DNA of 64,000 nucleotides from Candidatus Krumholzibacteriia bacterium (GCA_035447065.1 DAOTGJ010000006.1:5668-69667); one strand, 5' to 3'. Numbered from the stretch's first letter, positions 1 to 11,262 are shown. Numbers and translations are program-made. Notes: a model not told the origin generated them from the sequence alone.

Positions 1-924
1 AGCAACTACGACGGCCTGATCAATCCGCGGGCGAGCATCAGCTTCGGCAACCAGATGGACCTGACCGTCACCGACTTCCTGGAGCACTTCCTGACCGTGC
101 CCGAGGTGGACGTAGTGGCCTGCTACGTGGAGGGGTTCCGCCCCGGCGACGGCGCGCGCTTCCTGGACGCCGCCCGCCGCGCCCGCGCCGCGGGCGTGAG
201 CGTGCTCATGTTCAAGGCAGGCAAGACGCCCCTGGGCGCCAAGGCGGCCGCCAGCCACACCGCGTCGCTGGCGGGCGACTACGACGTGGCCGCGGCCTGC
301 CTCGCGGACGCCGGCGTGACCGTGGCCGAGACCCTGGACGAGTTCGAGGACCTCATCCAGACCTTCACCCTGCTGCACCGGCGCCCGCCGCGCGGCCGCC
401 GCACGGCGGTGGTGAGCAACGCCGGCTTCGAGTGCAGCACGGTCATGGACGTGGTGGGCGGCCTGGAGCTGCCCGGCTTCGATGCGGAGGTGCGCGCCGC
501 CCTGGACGCCGCCCTGCCGGCCTTCGCCCACCGCGACAACCCGGTGGACGCCACCCCCATGGCCCCCACCGAGGCCTACGCCGCCACCGCGCGTGCGGTG
601 CTGGCCAGTCCGGGCGTGGACGCCCTCATCCTGTCCGCCGTGCCCGTGACCCCGGCCCTGGACAACCTGCCCGCCGATCCCGCGCGGCACGGCGAGGACC
701 TGGACGGTCCCGCGTCCCAGGCGAGCCTGTTCCGCGAGATCCTGGGCGCGTCGGACAAGCCCGCGGTGGTGGTGGTGGACTCGGGCCGTCTCTACGACCC
801 CCTGGCCGACGCCCTGCGCACGGCCGGCATCCCCGTGTTCCGCAAGATCGACCGCGCGGGCCGCTGCCTGGCGCGTTACGTCCAGGCCCGTCTGCAGGAC
901 GCGGCCGTGGAGGGAGACCGATGA
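1..924 (+). CDS. ADP-forming acetyl/acyl-CoA synthetase alpha-like protein, 5'-truncated at window edge (CoA-binding/ligase-CoA region)
   Basis: The frame-1 ORF runs in from position 1 without a start. The motif 'AAASHTASLAGDYDVAAACLADAGV' and the 'SNAGFECSTVMD...NPVDATP' region resemble NDP-forming acyl-CoA synthetases and SucD. The stop overlaps the sppA start as ATGA. Confidence 0.65.
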   Translation, partial: SNYDGLINPRASISFGNQMDLTVTDFLEHFLTVPEVDVVACYVEGFRPGDGARFLDAARRARAAGVSVLMFKAGKTPLGAKAAASHTASLAGDYDVAAACLADAGVTVAETLDEFEDLIQTFTLLHRRPPRGRRTAVVSNAGFECSTVMDVVGGLELPGFDAEVRAALDAALPAFAHRDNPVDATPMAPTEAYAATARAVLASPGVDALILSAVPVTPALDNLPADPARHGEDLDGPASQASLFREILGASDKPAVVVVDSGRLYDPLADALRTAGIPVFRKIDRAGRCLARYVQARLQDAAVEGDR

Positions 925-2660
925 AGAAGTTCTGGATCGTGATCCTGGTGCTGATGGTCATGGGCTTCGGAGCCCTGGGCACCGCCTGGTGGTTCCTGCG
1001 TTCGCTGGACACCGACGTGGTGATGGGCGGCGACGGCAACGTGCTCTACTGGGTGGTGGATCACGACTATCCGGAGTCGCGCCGCGAGGGCGCCCTGGCG
1101 CGCCTGATGCAGGGCGAGGGGCCGGTCCAGCACGAGATGGTCCTGGCGCTGCGCCGGGCGGCGGCGGACCGCGGCGTGGACGGCCTCTTCCTGGAGATCC
1201 GCGCCCTGCCCACGAGCTGGGCCCAGGTGCAGGAGCTGCGCGACGCCGTGGCCTTCTTCCGGGCGTCGGGCAAGCCCGTGCACGCCTGGCTGGCCGCAGG
1301 CGGCAACGCCGAATACCAGCTCGCGCTGGCCGCCGACGCCGTCACCCTGGCCCCCGAGGGCATGCTGATGCTCCCGGGCGTCAGCGCCACCCTCACCTAC
1401 GTGGCCGGCAGCCTGGACAAGCTGGGCATGCAGGCCGACTACGTGCACGTGGGGCGCTACAAGTCCGCGCCCGAGACCTACGAGCGCACCGGCCCCAGCG
1501 AGGCCAGCCGCGAGATGCTGGACGCCATCCTGGACGGCACGTACGCGGACCTGGTGGACGCGGCGTCCGCGGCGCGGAGCCTGGATCCGGCCGCCGTGCG
1601 CGCGCTGTTCGACCGCGGCCTCTTCGACGCCGCCTCCGCCCTGGCCGCGGGCCTGGTGGACCGCGTGGACTACCTGCCGGACGCCCTGGACGCCGCCTTC
1701 CCCCAGGGGGAGACCCGCGATCTGGACGACTACGCCTGGCTCGGCGGCCGCAAGCGCGGGCCGGAGGTGACGGTGGTGACGGTGGCGGGCACCATCGTGG
1801 ACGGGGAGTCCAGCGACGGCGGCTGGAGCGGAGGTCCCAACGCCGGCAGCATCACCGTGGTGGACCAGCTGCAGGACTGCTACGACGACGAGCACGTGGC
1901 CGCGGTGATCCTGCGCGTGGACAGCCCCGGCGGCTCGGCCCTGGCCAGCGACCTCATCTGGAACGAGGTGCGGGCTCTGCGCGAGGTGAAGCCGGTGGTG
2001 GTCTCCATGGGCGGCATGGCCGCCTCGGGCGGCTACTACGTGGCCTGCGCCGCGGATTCGGTCTTCGCCCTGCCGGGCACCCTGACCGGGTCCATCGGCG
2101 TGTTCGCGGGCAAGATGGCGCGGGAGGAGTTCTTCGGGAGGATCGGCGTGACGCGCGAGGCCCTCACCCGCGGCGAGAACGCCCGCCTCTTCGACGACCA
2201 CGCGCCCTTCACCCCCGACCAGCGCCGCCTGCTGCAGGCCCAGCTCGACGCCTTCTACGACCGCTTCGTGGAGAAGGTGGCCACGGGCCGCCGTCTGGAG
2301 AAGGCGCGGGCCGAGGCCGCGGCCCAGGGCCGGGTCTGGACCGGCCGCGACGCCCTGGCCGCGGGCCTGGTGGACGGCCTGGGCGGGCTGCCCCGCGCCA
2401 TGGCTTCCGTGCGCGCCATGCTGGGGCTGCCGCCCGACGCCCCCCTGCACCTGACCACCTTCGAGGACGAGCGCACGCTGCTGGAGAAGGTGGTGCTGCG
2501 CAGCCTGGAATCCCGCGCGCCGGCCGTGACCGCCGGCGCCGTGACCGCGGGCGCCGTGCCGCCGTCCCTGGTTCGGGAGGCTGCCGCGGCCGCGGCGTGG
2601 ACCGAACTGCTGGACGGACGGCCCCTGGCCCTGTCACCGGTCCGGGTCGAGCTCCGTTGA
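921..2660 (+). CDS. sppA: signal peptide peptidase SppA (protease IV, 67K type)
   Basis: The 580-aa product has an N-terminal TM helix and two ClpP/crotonase-like repeats ('VSMGGMAASGGYYVACAADSVFA', 'GSIGVF'). Its ATG overlaps the upstream stop. Confidence 0.9.
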   Translation: MKKFWIVILVLMVMGFGALGTAWWFLRSLDTDVVMGGDGNVLYWVVDHDYPESRREGALARLMQGEGPVQHEMVLALRRAAADRGVDGLFLEIRALPTSWAQVQELRDAVAFFRASGKPVHAWLAAGGNAEYQLALAADAVTLAPEGMLMLPGVSATLTYVAGSLDKLGMQADYVHVGRYKSAPETYERTGPSEASREMLDAILDGTYADLVDAASAARSLDPAAVRALFDRGLFDAASALAAGLVDRVDYLPDALDAAFPQGETRDLDDYAWLGGRKRGPEVTVVTVAGTIVDGESSDGGWSGGPNAGSITVVDQLQDCYDDEHVAAVILRVDSPGGSALASDLIWNEVRALREVKPVVVSMGGMAASGGYYVACAADSVFALPGTLTGSIGVFAGKMAREEFFGRIGVTREALTRGENARLFDDHAPFTPDQRRLLQAQLDAFYDRFVEKVATGRRLEKARAEAAAQGRVWTGRDALAAGLVDGLGGLPRAMASVRAMLGLPPDAPLHLTTFEDERTLLEKVVLRSLESRAPAVTAGAVTAGAVPPSLVREAAAAAAWTELLDGRPLALSPVRVELR

Positions 2661-3617
2661 GCGGCCGTAGAGCCTGAGGTCCAGGCCCTCGGGCAGGGTG
2701 CGCCACAGGCGCAGGGCGGCCACCTCGTCCGGAGAGGGGCCGTCGACCACCGGGCCGGACTCCCAGAGCAGGTGGATGCGGTCCCGGGAGTGCCCCCAGA
2801 GCTGGAGGGCGTGGGCGAGCTCGTGGGCCAGGCCGCGCACGGCGTAGCGCTCCAGATCCGGGCGGTCGTAGTTGTCGCCGGCCACGATGGTGATCAGCAG
2901 GGGGCGGCCCGCCGGGTCGCGGCGCAGCAGCCGCGCCCACATGGGCGGATGCAGGATCTCCCCGTCGCGGTGGACCAGGCGGATGCCCTCGGCGAAGACG
3001 GCGTCGGCGCCGAACAGGGGCGCTCCCCAGGCCGCTTCCCAACGGGCCGCCGCCACGGCCAGGCAGGCCGTCAGATCCACGGGGCCGTCGCCGGGCTCCC
3101 CGGGCGCGAGGGGGATGGGGTCGTGGGCCCAGCGGCGGACCACGCCCTCGTGCAGTCCGCGGGTCAGTTCGAGCAGCAGATGAAGAAGATCGGCGTAGTA
3201 CGCCGACCGCAAGGGGATGCGCGGCAGGGGCAGGAGCTGCGGCGTGCCGGTCGTGCGGGTGGGGATCCGCTGCTCGTGCCAGGCGTCCGGCGCCGCCGGG
3301 ACGAGGACCAGCGTGTCGGGGAGGGCCCAGCCCGGGCGTCCCCGCAGGCGCCAGGCGGCGCCGGCGGCGTTCCAGGCCAGGCGCGCCGGACCTCCCGTCG
3401 CGGGATCCGCGGCATCCGACCAGCGCCAGCGCGCGGAGCCGACGGGACCCGACAGGCGGCGCAGGACATCCGCCTGGGCGTCCGGCAGCTCCAGGCGGGC
3501 CTCGGTGGCGGCCGCGGGCGCCAGGGGCCGCTCGCCGCAGCCGGGCAGGGGCAGCAGCGCCGCGAGGACCGCGGCGACGGCGATGGGAATCGGAGCGCGG
3601 AATCGGTGTTGGGTCAT
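2634..3617 (-). CDS. putative zinc metallopeptidase lipoprotein (HExxH)
   Basis: The N-terminus 'MTQHRFRAPIPIAVAAVLAALLPLPGCGE' is a lipoprotein signal with a lipobox Cys, and there is a zincin motif 'HELAHALQLWGH'. It is the genuine 3' part of a spurious 998-aa antisense ORF, and its end overlaps the sppA stop region convergently. Confidence 0.6.
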   Translation of the reverse strand: MTQHRFRAPIPIAVAAVLAALLPLPGCGERPLAPAAATEARLELPDAQADVLRRLSGPVGSARWRWSDAADPATGGPARLAWNAAGAAWRLRGRPGWALPDTLVLVPAAPDAWHEQRIPTRTTGTPQLLPLPRIPLRSAYYADLLHLLLELTRGLHEGVVRRWAHDPIPLAPGEPGDGPVDLTACLAVAAARWEAAWGAPLFGADAVFAEGIRLVHRDGEILHPPMWARLLRRDPAGRPLLITIVAGDNYDRPDLERYAVRGLAHELAHALQLWGHSRDRIHLLWESGPVVDGPSPDEVAALRLWRTLPEGLDLRLYGRSTELDPDR

Positions 3618-3770
3618 GCCCGCGGTCAAGCCAGTCCCGTGCCCGCCGAAGAGGACGGGCTGCCGGGGCCCGGCCGCGGGCCGACGACGCCGCGCGGGGA
3701 CGGCCGCGGGCCGAATCGTCGCCGCGCGGAGCCATGAATCGTTGCCTCCGCAGGGGTGTTCGGATAGCCT

Positions 3771-5423
3771 ATGCGGATTCTCGCGCCATCGGACCAACGG
3801 AAACGGGAGCTCATGGACGATTTTCTGGACGACGAGCAGCAGGGCGGATCTCCGTTCAATCCCATGGACATCCTGCGCCTCTTCCTGCGGCGCAAGTGGC
3901 TCTTCGTGGTGCCCTTCGTGCTCTGCCTGGGCATGGCGTACGTGGCCATCCGCACCATGCAGCCCATCTACCAGTCCAGCGGCGAGATCCGGGTGGTGCG
4001 CAACGAATCCGCCTCGCGCACCATCCAGGAGGGCGTGCCCCGCTACACCCGCTCGCGCTACGCGGAGCGGGAGACCGAGACGCTGATCCGCACCACCATC
4101 GTCAGTCCCAAGTTCCTGCAGGGCGTGGTGCGGGACCTGGACCTGCACCACCATCCGTCGCTCATGACGGAGGGGGCCGTGCCGGCGGTGCTGTCGCCGG
4201 ACAAGGAGAAGGCCCACGTGGCCGCCACGGCGCGCCAGATCGAGAAGATGATCCACGTGCGCTCGGTGGACGCCTTCATCTACCGCGTGAGCGTGCGCCA
4301 CACGGATCCGGAGCTGGTCTACACCCTGGTGGACGAGGTGGTGCACCGCTTCCTGGCGGAGGAGCAGGCCTCGCGGCTGGAGCAGGGGGAGTCGGAGCGC
4401 GACTTCCTCTCGGACCAGCGCGAGATCTACGAGCAGAACCTGCGCGAGGCCCAGAACCGGCTGTCCGAGTTCCAGCGGACCATGGTCAACTCGTCCCTGG
4501 GCGGCAATCCGGTGAACGAGGCCAACCTGGCCCGCGCGGCGGACGTGCTGACGCGGCTGCGCACCCAGATCCAGTCCGACCGCCAGAACAAGATGGGCCC
4601 CCAGCGCACCGAGGCCGTGGCCGTGCTGCCCACGGTGGACCGCTTCCTGGTGGACCTCAAGGGCGAGCCCAGCGTGAGCGACCTGATGGACGAGCTCACG
4701 GAGATGGAGACCGACTTCGCGGTGGCGCAGTTCACGGACAGCGGCCGCGGCCGCGACCAGACCCTGCTGGGCACCTCGCGCGTGGCGCTGGACGATCTCA
4801 TCGGCCGCCGTACGGAGGAGGAGTACGGGCAGATGAGCATCATGTCCCGTACCGCCGTGTCGCGCTACCTGTACGACGCCCTCTACCTGGACATCCTGCA
4901 GGGCGTGGTCCAGTCCCTGGACGACAACATCGCCGCCTACCGCCGCTTCATGACGCGGCAGCCGGAGCAGTCGGCCACCCTGAGCCGCCTGCTGCGCGAG
5001 GTGCAGAGCGCCCAGGACATGCTGGGCACGCTGGACTCGGACATCCGGCGGCAGAACCTGAGCCTGGCGGCCAACATGTCCGCCATCGGCTACCAGATGG
5101 AGATCTACGACGAGCCGCGTCCGCCGCTGTATCCGGTGGAGCCCGACAAGAAGAAGCTGGGCGTCATGGGCGGCGCGCTGGCCCTGGCCATCGGCGTGGG
5201 CCTGGTGCTGCTGGCGGAGATGCTGGACCGCTCCTTCAAGTCCGTGCGACAGATCGAGAAGACCCTGGGCGTGACCGTGATCGGCACGCTGCCCCAGATC
5301 AAGGACGGCCCCTTCGAGGCCTACCGGCGCCGGCGCATCCTGCGCTGGGTGCTGATGATCGTGGCGGTGCTGGTGCTGGCGGCCGTGGGCTTCCTGTGGC
5401 TCTACCCCAAGCTGACGGCCTGA
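3771..5423 (+). CDS. polysaccharide chain-length determinant (Wzz/GumC/PCP family) membrane protein
   Basis: The product has two TM helices flanking a long coiled-coil periplasmic domain and is followed immediately by a BY-kinase ATPase gene. Alternative start at ATG 3813 with a GGGAG RBS. Confidence 0.8.
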   Translation: MRILAPSDQRKRELMDDFLDDEQQGGSPFNPMDILRLFLRRKWLFVVPFVLCLGMAYVAIRTMQPIYQSSGEIRVVRNESASRTIQEGVPRYTRSRYAERETETLIRTTIVSPKFLQGVVRDLDLHHHPSLMTEGAVPAVLSPDKEKAHVAATARQIEKMIHVRSVDAFIYRVSVRHTDPELVYTLVDEVVHRFLAEEQASRLEQGESERDFLSDQREIYEQNLREAQNRLSEFQRTMVNSSLGGNPVNEANLARAADVLTRLRTQIQSDRQNKMGPQRTEAVAVLPTVDRFLVDLKGEPSVSDLMDELTEMETDFAVAQFTDSGRGRDQTLLGTSRVALDDLIGRRTEEEYGQMSIMSRTAVSRYLYDALYLDILQGVVQSLDDNIAAYRRFMTRQPEQSATLSRLLREVQSAQDMLGTLDSDIRRQNLSLAANMSAIGYQMEIYDEPRPPLYPVEPDKKKLGVMGGALALAIGVGLVLLAEMLDRSFKSVRQIEKTLGVTVIGTLPQIKDGPFEAYRRRRILRWVLMIVAVLVLAAVGFLWLYPKLTA

Positions 5424-5436
5424 CCGGGAGGACCGC

Positions 5437-6144
5437 GTGGCAGCTGCCAAGAAGAAGGAACGTCCGGCGTTCGACATCGAATCGCCCATGGCCATCGAGC
5501 TGCGGCGGATCATGATCCGCCTCAACCGCACGCTGGACCTGGACCGCAAGCGCATGATCATGGTGACCAGCAGCGAGCGGGGGGAGGGCAAGAGCCTCTT
5601 CTCCCTGCATTTCTCGCAGGTGCTGGCCAATCACCTGCGCAAGAAGGTGCTGCTGGTGGACGGCGACATGCGCCGGCCGGTGCAGCACACGGTCTTCAAC
5701 GTCCACAAGTCGCCCGGCCTGGCCGAGCTGCTGGCCGGAGCCAAGGAGCCCGTCTACCCCCGCGCCACGCACCTGGACAACCTCTGGTTCCTGCCCGCCG
5801 GCACCCCCGGCGACGAGCCCAGCGTGCTGCTGGAGGAGGGCCGCATCCGCCAGGTGATGCTGCGCCTGAAGTCCGAGTACGACATCGTGCTGCTGGACTG
5901 CCCGCCCGTGGTGCCGGTGAGCGATCCGGTGCAGTTCGTGGAGGAGGCCGACGGCGTGCTCTACCTGGTCATGGCCGGCCAGACGCCGCGCGAGCTCGCC
6001 GAACGCGGCATCGGCATCCTCAAGGGCGTGGGCGCCAACATCGTGGGCGTGGTGGCCAACAACCTGGGCGAGGTGCTGCCCTACTACCACGACCACAAGT
6101 ACTACGGCTACGGCTCCAACGACCGGCGCGAGGCCGAGCGCTAG
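5437..6144 (+). CDS. capsular/exopolysaccharide tyrosine-protein kinase (BY-kinase ATPase subunit, CpsD/Wzc C-terminal-like)
   Basis: It has a Walker A 'SSERGEGKS', the motifs 'LLVDGDMRRP' and 'IVLLDCPPV', and a C-terminal Tyr cluster 'YYHDHKYYGYG'. Confidence 0.85.
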   Translation: MAAAKKKERPAFDIESPMAIELRRIMIRLNRTLDLDRKRMIMVTSSERGEGKSLFSLHFSQVLANHLRKKVLLVDGDMRRPVQHTVFNVHKSPGLAELLAGAKEPVYPRATHLDNLWFLPAGTPGDEPSVLLEEGRIRQVMLRLKSEYDIVLLDCPPVVPVSDPVQFVEEADGVLYLVMAGQTPRELAERGIGILKGVGANIVGVVANNLGEVLPYYHDHKYYGYGSNDRREAER

Positions 6145-6167
6145 ACGGCCGCCTCCGCTGCATGCAC

Positions 6168-6198
6168 GAGGGCGCCTCCCCGGCGGGAAGGCGCCCTC
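6168..6198. terminator. GC-rich hairpin between convergent genes (bidirectional terminator candidate)
   Basis: A perfect 9-bp stem gagggcgcc/ggcgccctc with a 13-nt loop lies between the BY-kinase stop and the MFS stop. There is no U-tract. Confidence 0.4.
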
Positions 6199-6222
6199 GC
6201 TGCGTTCCGGCGGCGCTGCGGA

Positions 6223-7776
6223 TCAGGCCTTGGTCTTGAAGCCGCGTCCCACCCAGCCCTTGGCCACGATGAGCATGACCGTGCTGCTCATGGCGATCAC
6301 CGCGAAGATCAGCCACATGGCCTCGGGGTTCCGCGGACCCTCGCTGGGCACGTACTTCTGCAGCATCACGCCCGAGTACAGGGGAACCAGCATCTTGGTC
6401 AGGAACCAGGGGAACTGGGCCACGCCCATGTAGGCGCCGGTGCGGCCCTCCGGCGCGATCTCCGCCGCGTACTGCAGGAAGCGCGGCTGCCACATGGCCT
6501 CGCCGATGGTCATGATGAAGAGGTAGCCCAGCAGGGTGACCACGCTGGTGTCCGCCGCCAGCAGGAAGGCCGGCGCGGCCATGACCATGGTGCCCACGAT
6601 CATCATGCCGTACACGTCGCGCTTCTGGGTGATGGCGGCGATCATGGGCACGGCCACGAAGATCAGGATGGGGTTCAGGTTGGCGAAGAACTCGAAGTTG
6701 TTGCCCACGAACCCGCCCTCGAACGCGCGCTCCAGGTACTGGGGCAGGATGAGCCAGTTGTAGGTGAACAGGGTCTGCACCGGGATCAGGGCGAAGATGA
6801 AGAAGAAGAACTTCAGGTCGCCCAGGGGGTGGTTGGCCAGCCAGCGGTAGGCCGGTCCCAGGGCGTCCGGCGCCAGCAGGAAGATGGCCGCCAGCGCCAC
6901 GAAGGCGGCGCCGGCCCAGTGGAAGGGGGCCGGGATGAGGAACCAGCACGCGGCGGCCACGCCCAGCAGCACGCCGTACATGTGCGGAGCCAGGCGGGTC
7001 TTGATCGCGGCCGCGGCGGCGGCGGTCTTGGCTGCGTCGTCCTGAGCCTGGTCCTTGGCCTCCATGGCCGCCGACTCCGCCTTGGCCTGGGCGATGGCGT
7101 CGCGCTCCACCCGCGGCGTGAGGATCAGGTAGGTCAGCGTCAGCGCGATGGCCGTGATGACCGTGTAGACCCAGAAGGCGCCCGTGATGCCGATGGCGTT
7201 GCGCACCACCGAGAAGCCGGCGGGCAGGAAGCCGCCCAGGTTCATCAGGGCGTAGAGCATGGCGTAGCCCATGGCCGCGGTCTTGGGGCTGGTGAACTGC
7301 CGCACGCCAGCGTAGGCCGCGGGCTGGTACATGCCGTAGCCGATGACCACCAGCAGGATGCCCGCCATGGTCATCAGGTGCATGTTGCTCCACAGGCCCG
7401 TCTCCGGGAACACGAAGGGCGCCGCCGACCAGATGATGCGCCCCGCCAGCAGGAAGCCGAAGGCCGCCAGCAGCGCGTTGCGCACGCCCCACTTGTCGGC
7501 CACCGAGCCCAGGAAGAACATGGAGATGGTGATGCCCGCCGTGAGCACCATGACCATGTGGTGGGAGTTCACGTCCGGGTCCGGCACGCCCTGGAAGACG
7601 AAGTCCGAGAAGTGCATGGCCAGGTAGCCCAGCATGCCGAAGTAGACCCAGCCCTCCAGGAAGTACGCCAGGTTGATGCCCCAGAGGGCGCGCGGCGCGT
7701 GGACGAGGTCGATGAACGGCTGGGTGATCTGCTGGAGCGGACTCTGCTGCTGGTCCGAGGGCGCGGGTGCGGCCAT
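6223..7776 (-). CDS. MFS-type transporter
   Basis: The 517-aa product has about 12-14 predicted TM helices with a central hydrophilic loop. A GGAG RBS lies upstream of ATG 7776. The track ORF extends 26 codons further upstream. Confidence 0.75.
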   Translation of the reverse strand: MAAPAPSDQQQSPLQQITQPFIDLVHAPRALWGINLAYFLEGWVYFGMLGYLAMHFSDFVFQGVPDPDVNSHHMVMVLTAGITISMFFLGSVADKWGVRNALLAAFGFLLAGRIIWSAAPFVFPETGLWSNMHLMTMAGILLVVIGYGMYQPAAYAGVRQFTSPKTAAMGYAMLYALMNLGGFLPAGFSVVRNAIGITGAFWVYTVITAIALTLTYLILTPRVERDAIAQAKAESAAMEAKDQAQDDAAKTAAAAAAIKTRLAPHMYGVLLGVAAACWFLIPAPFHWAGAAFVALAAIFLLAPDALGPAYRWLANHPLGDLKFFFFIFALIPVQTLFTYNWLILPQYLERAFEGGFVGNNFEFFANLNPILIFVAVPMIAAITQKRDVYGMMIVGTMVMAAPAFLLAADTSVVTLLGYLFIMTIGEAMWQPRFLQYAAEIAPEGRTGAYMGVAQFPWFLTKMLVPLYSGVMLQKYVPSEGPRNPEAMWLIFAVIAMSSTVMLIVAKGWVGRGFKTKA

Positions 7777-7847
7777 GGGGGCTCCTTGTCGCTGGAGGGG
7801 ATGCGGGGGCCGGAACGTCCCGTGAACTCTAGGGAGGCGCCGACGGC

Positions 7848-7876
7848 TGGTCAACTCGCGATTCCTGCGCTAGAAT
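7848..7876 (+). promoter_or_regulatory. sigma70-like promoter candidate TGGTCA-N17-TAGAAT upstream of the secreted-protein pair
   Basis: The -10 TAGAAT lies about 30 nt upstream of GTG 7906, with a GGGAG RBS between them. Confidence 0.25.
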
Positions 7877-7905
7877 CAGGGGACACCTCAACCGGGAGAT
7901 GCCCC

Positions 7906-8565
7906 GTGACCCTGCGCACCCTCGCCGTCCTCGCGTTCCTGCTGCCGGCCGCCGCCGCCCCCGCCGCCACGCTGTGGACCGGCGGCGACGTGTCCCTGAG
8001 CTACCAGCAGTTCACCTTCGGCCCCGTCTCTGGCAGCTTCGCCGCCGCCGGAGACCTCTGGCCCGACGGCCCGGGTACGCCGGCCGAGACCGGCGTGGGC
8101 GGCCTGACCGGCGTGATGGACGGGGAGTGGCTGGTGGCCGCCGCCGGCGTGACCGCCACCGGCACGCCCGGCGTGGTGGACGTGGCCGTGGTCGCCGTGC
8201 ACGGCGAGGGCGACGCCCTGCCCGGTCCCGGGGTGTGGACCATCAGTCCGGCCACGCTGGATGCCGCGTTCGTGCTGGTGCTGGGCGCCTCGGCGTCGGA
8301 CATCCCCGACGAGCTCTCGGTGGAGGCCTTGACCGCCCTGCTGGAATCGGTGGCGGCGGACCACGTGCTGGTCTCCGTGGGTGGCGCCATCGAGCTGACC
8401 ACGCTGGACGCGGGCGGCGTGGCCGGCGTCTTCAGCGGCACCCTGCTGGACCGGGACGATCCGCTGATCGCCGTGAGCGTGGGCGACGGCGTCTTCAGCC
8501 TGGGCGACGGCGTGACCGGCCGCGAGTCCCTGAGCCTGGGAGAGGTGAAGCGGCGCTGGCGTTGA
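7906..8565 (+). CDS. secreted hypothetical protein (paralog 1, C-terminal KRxWR motif)
   Basis: It starts at GTG with a GGGAG RBS and a signal peptide 'VTLRTLAVLAFLLPAAAAPAA'. The Gly/Asp/Val-rich product ends 'GVFSG...GEVKRRWR'. Confidence 0.5.
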   Translation: MTLRTLAVLAFLLPAAAAPAATLWTGGDVSLSYQQFTFGPVSGSFAAAGDLWPDGPGTPAETGVGGLTGVMDGEWLVAAAGVTATGTPGVVDVAVVAVHGEGDALPGPGVWTISPATLDAAFVLVLGASASDIPDELSVEALTALLESVAADHVLVSVGGAIELTTLDAGGVAGVFSGTLLDRDDPLIAVSVGDGVFSLGDGVTGRESLSLGEVKRRWR

Positions 8566-8615
8566 GATCCCCGACCCGAGCTCCATGACCGTATCCATGA
8601 GCGATCGGAGCAGCC

Positions 8616-9275
8616 ATGTCACGAACCGCATTCCTCGCAAGGACCCTCGGCGTCCTGCTGTTGCTCTCCGCCGCAGTCCATGCCCAGACCATGATCTACG
8701 GCCAGGGCGCCCTCGAGGTGGCCGTCCTCGACATCACCGACGAAGCGCACCCCGACACCCTGCAGCATCACGCCGTGACGGGTCCGCTGGACGATGTCCT
8801 GGCCCCCAGCGCCGCCGCGCGCGGCTTCGCGGCCCGGGTGGGCGACGCCGCCGGCGACGGTTCCCTCTTCCTGGCGCTGGGCGTGGCCGACCATCCCGGC
8901 GCCGCCACCACCGACGTTTTCGTGTTCTGGATCCCGGACGATGCGCGACCGTTCCCGGCGCAACCCTACGACTGGTGGCTGGGCTATGACGCGCGCTTCG
9001 TCATGCTGCAGGACGTGGCCCCCGGGGCGATCTCCCTGGCGGCGGACGCCGCGCTGATCCAGGCCTGGATCGACGGCGCGGCGGCGGACCTGGTGGTGGC
9101 GTCCGGCCAGGGCCACCTGATCTTCGACGCCTTCGGCGACGACGGCGTGGAGGCCCGGTTCTGGGGCTTCTACGGCGACGGCCCGGAGGTCTTCAGCGGG
9201 GTGTTCCAGCTCGAGGACACGGTCACGGCGGGCGAGACGGTCGGTTTCGGGCAGCTCAAGCGCGCCTGGCGCTGA
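8616..9275 (+). CDS. secreted hypothetical protein (paralog 2, C-terminal KRxWR motif)
   Basis: It starts at ATG with a GGAG RBS and a signal peptide 'MSRTAFLARTLGVLLLLSAAVHAQ'. The product ends 'EVFSG...GQLKRAWR', similar to the upstream paralog. Confidence 0.6.
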   Translation: MSRTAFLARTLGVLLLLSAAVHAQTMIYGQGALEVAVLDITDEAHPDTLQHHAVTGPLDDVLAPSAAARGFAARVGDAAGDGSLFLALGVADHPGAATTDVFVFWIPDDARPFPAQPYDWWLGYDARFVMLQDVAPGAISLAADAALIQAWIDGAAADLVVASGQGHLIFDAFGDDGVEARFWGFYGDGPEVFSGVFQLEDTVTAGETVGFGQLKRAWR

Positions 9276-9295
9276 GAGACGCGCCGCGCCCATGC

Positions 9296-9329
9296 TGAAA
9301 AAAGGGGCGCTCCCTGAGGGGCGCCCCTT
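9296..9329 (-). terminator. rho-independent terminator (bidirectional) between secreted protein gene and ftcD
   Basis: A 9-bp stem aaggggcgc/gcgcccctt with an 8-nt loop is preceded by aaaaaa, which reads as a U-tract after the hairpin on the minus strand. Confidence 0.5.
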
Positions 9330-9353
9330 CATCGTTCCTCGGCAGACGGCCGC

Positions 9354-11075
<1,722 letters not shown>

Positions 11076-11233
11076 GGTCCTCCGGAGCCTGGGGAAGGGG
11101 CCGCGGCCCTGGGCGGGGCGCGGCGATGGTCATGGCACATCCGTCCGCGAAACTTAGGATCCGGACCCGGAACCCGCCAGCGCGGACCCGGATCGGAATG
11201 ACGAAAACATGACGGGTTTTCAGTTGGGCGGGC

Positions 11234-11262
11234 TTGCTCGGGTTCCTGGGGTCGTCTATCTT
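11234..11262 (+). promoter_or_regulatory. sigma70-like promoter candidate TTGCTC-N17-TATCTT
   Basis: It lies in the divergent intergenic region about 100 nt upstream of the NYN gene ATG. Confidence 0.2.

Noticed and set aside
876-2450. 524-aa minus-strand ORF antisense to sppA (and similar 508-aa ORF 2209-3735)
   Set aside because: They lie opposite strongly supported genes, have low-complexity Gly/Ala/Arg/His composition, and have no start context.
2634-5630. 998-aa open reading frame on the minus strand
   Set aside because: Only its last 328 codons (2634-3617) form a coherent lipoprotein metallopeptidase. The remainder is antisense to the well-supported Wzz-like gene and has the Arg/Ala/Gly-rich composition typical of wrong-frame ORFs in ~70% GC DNA.
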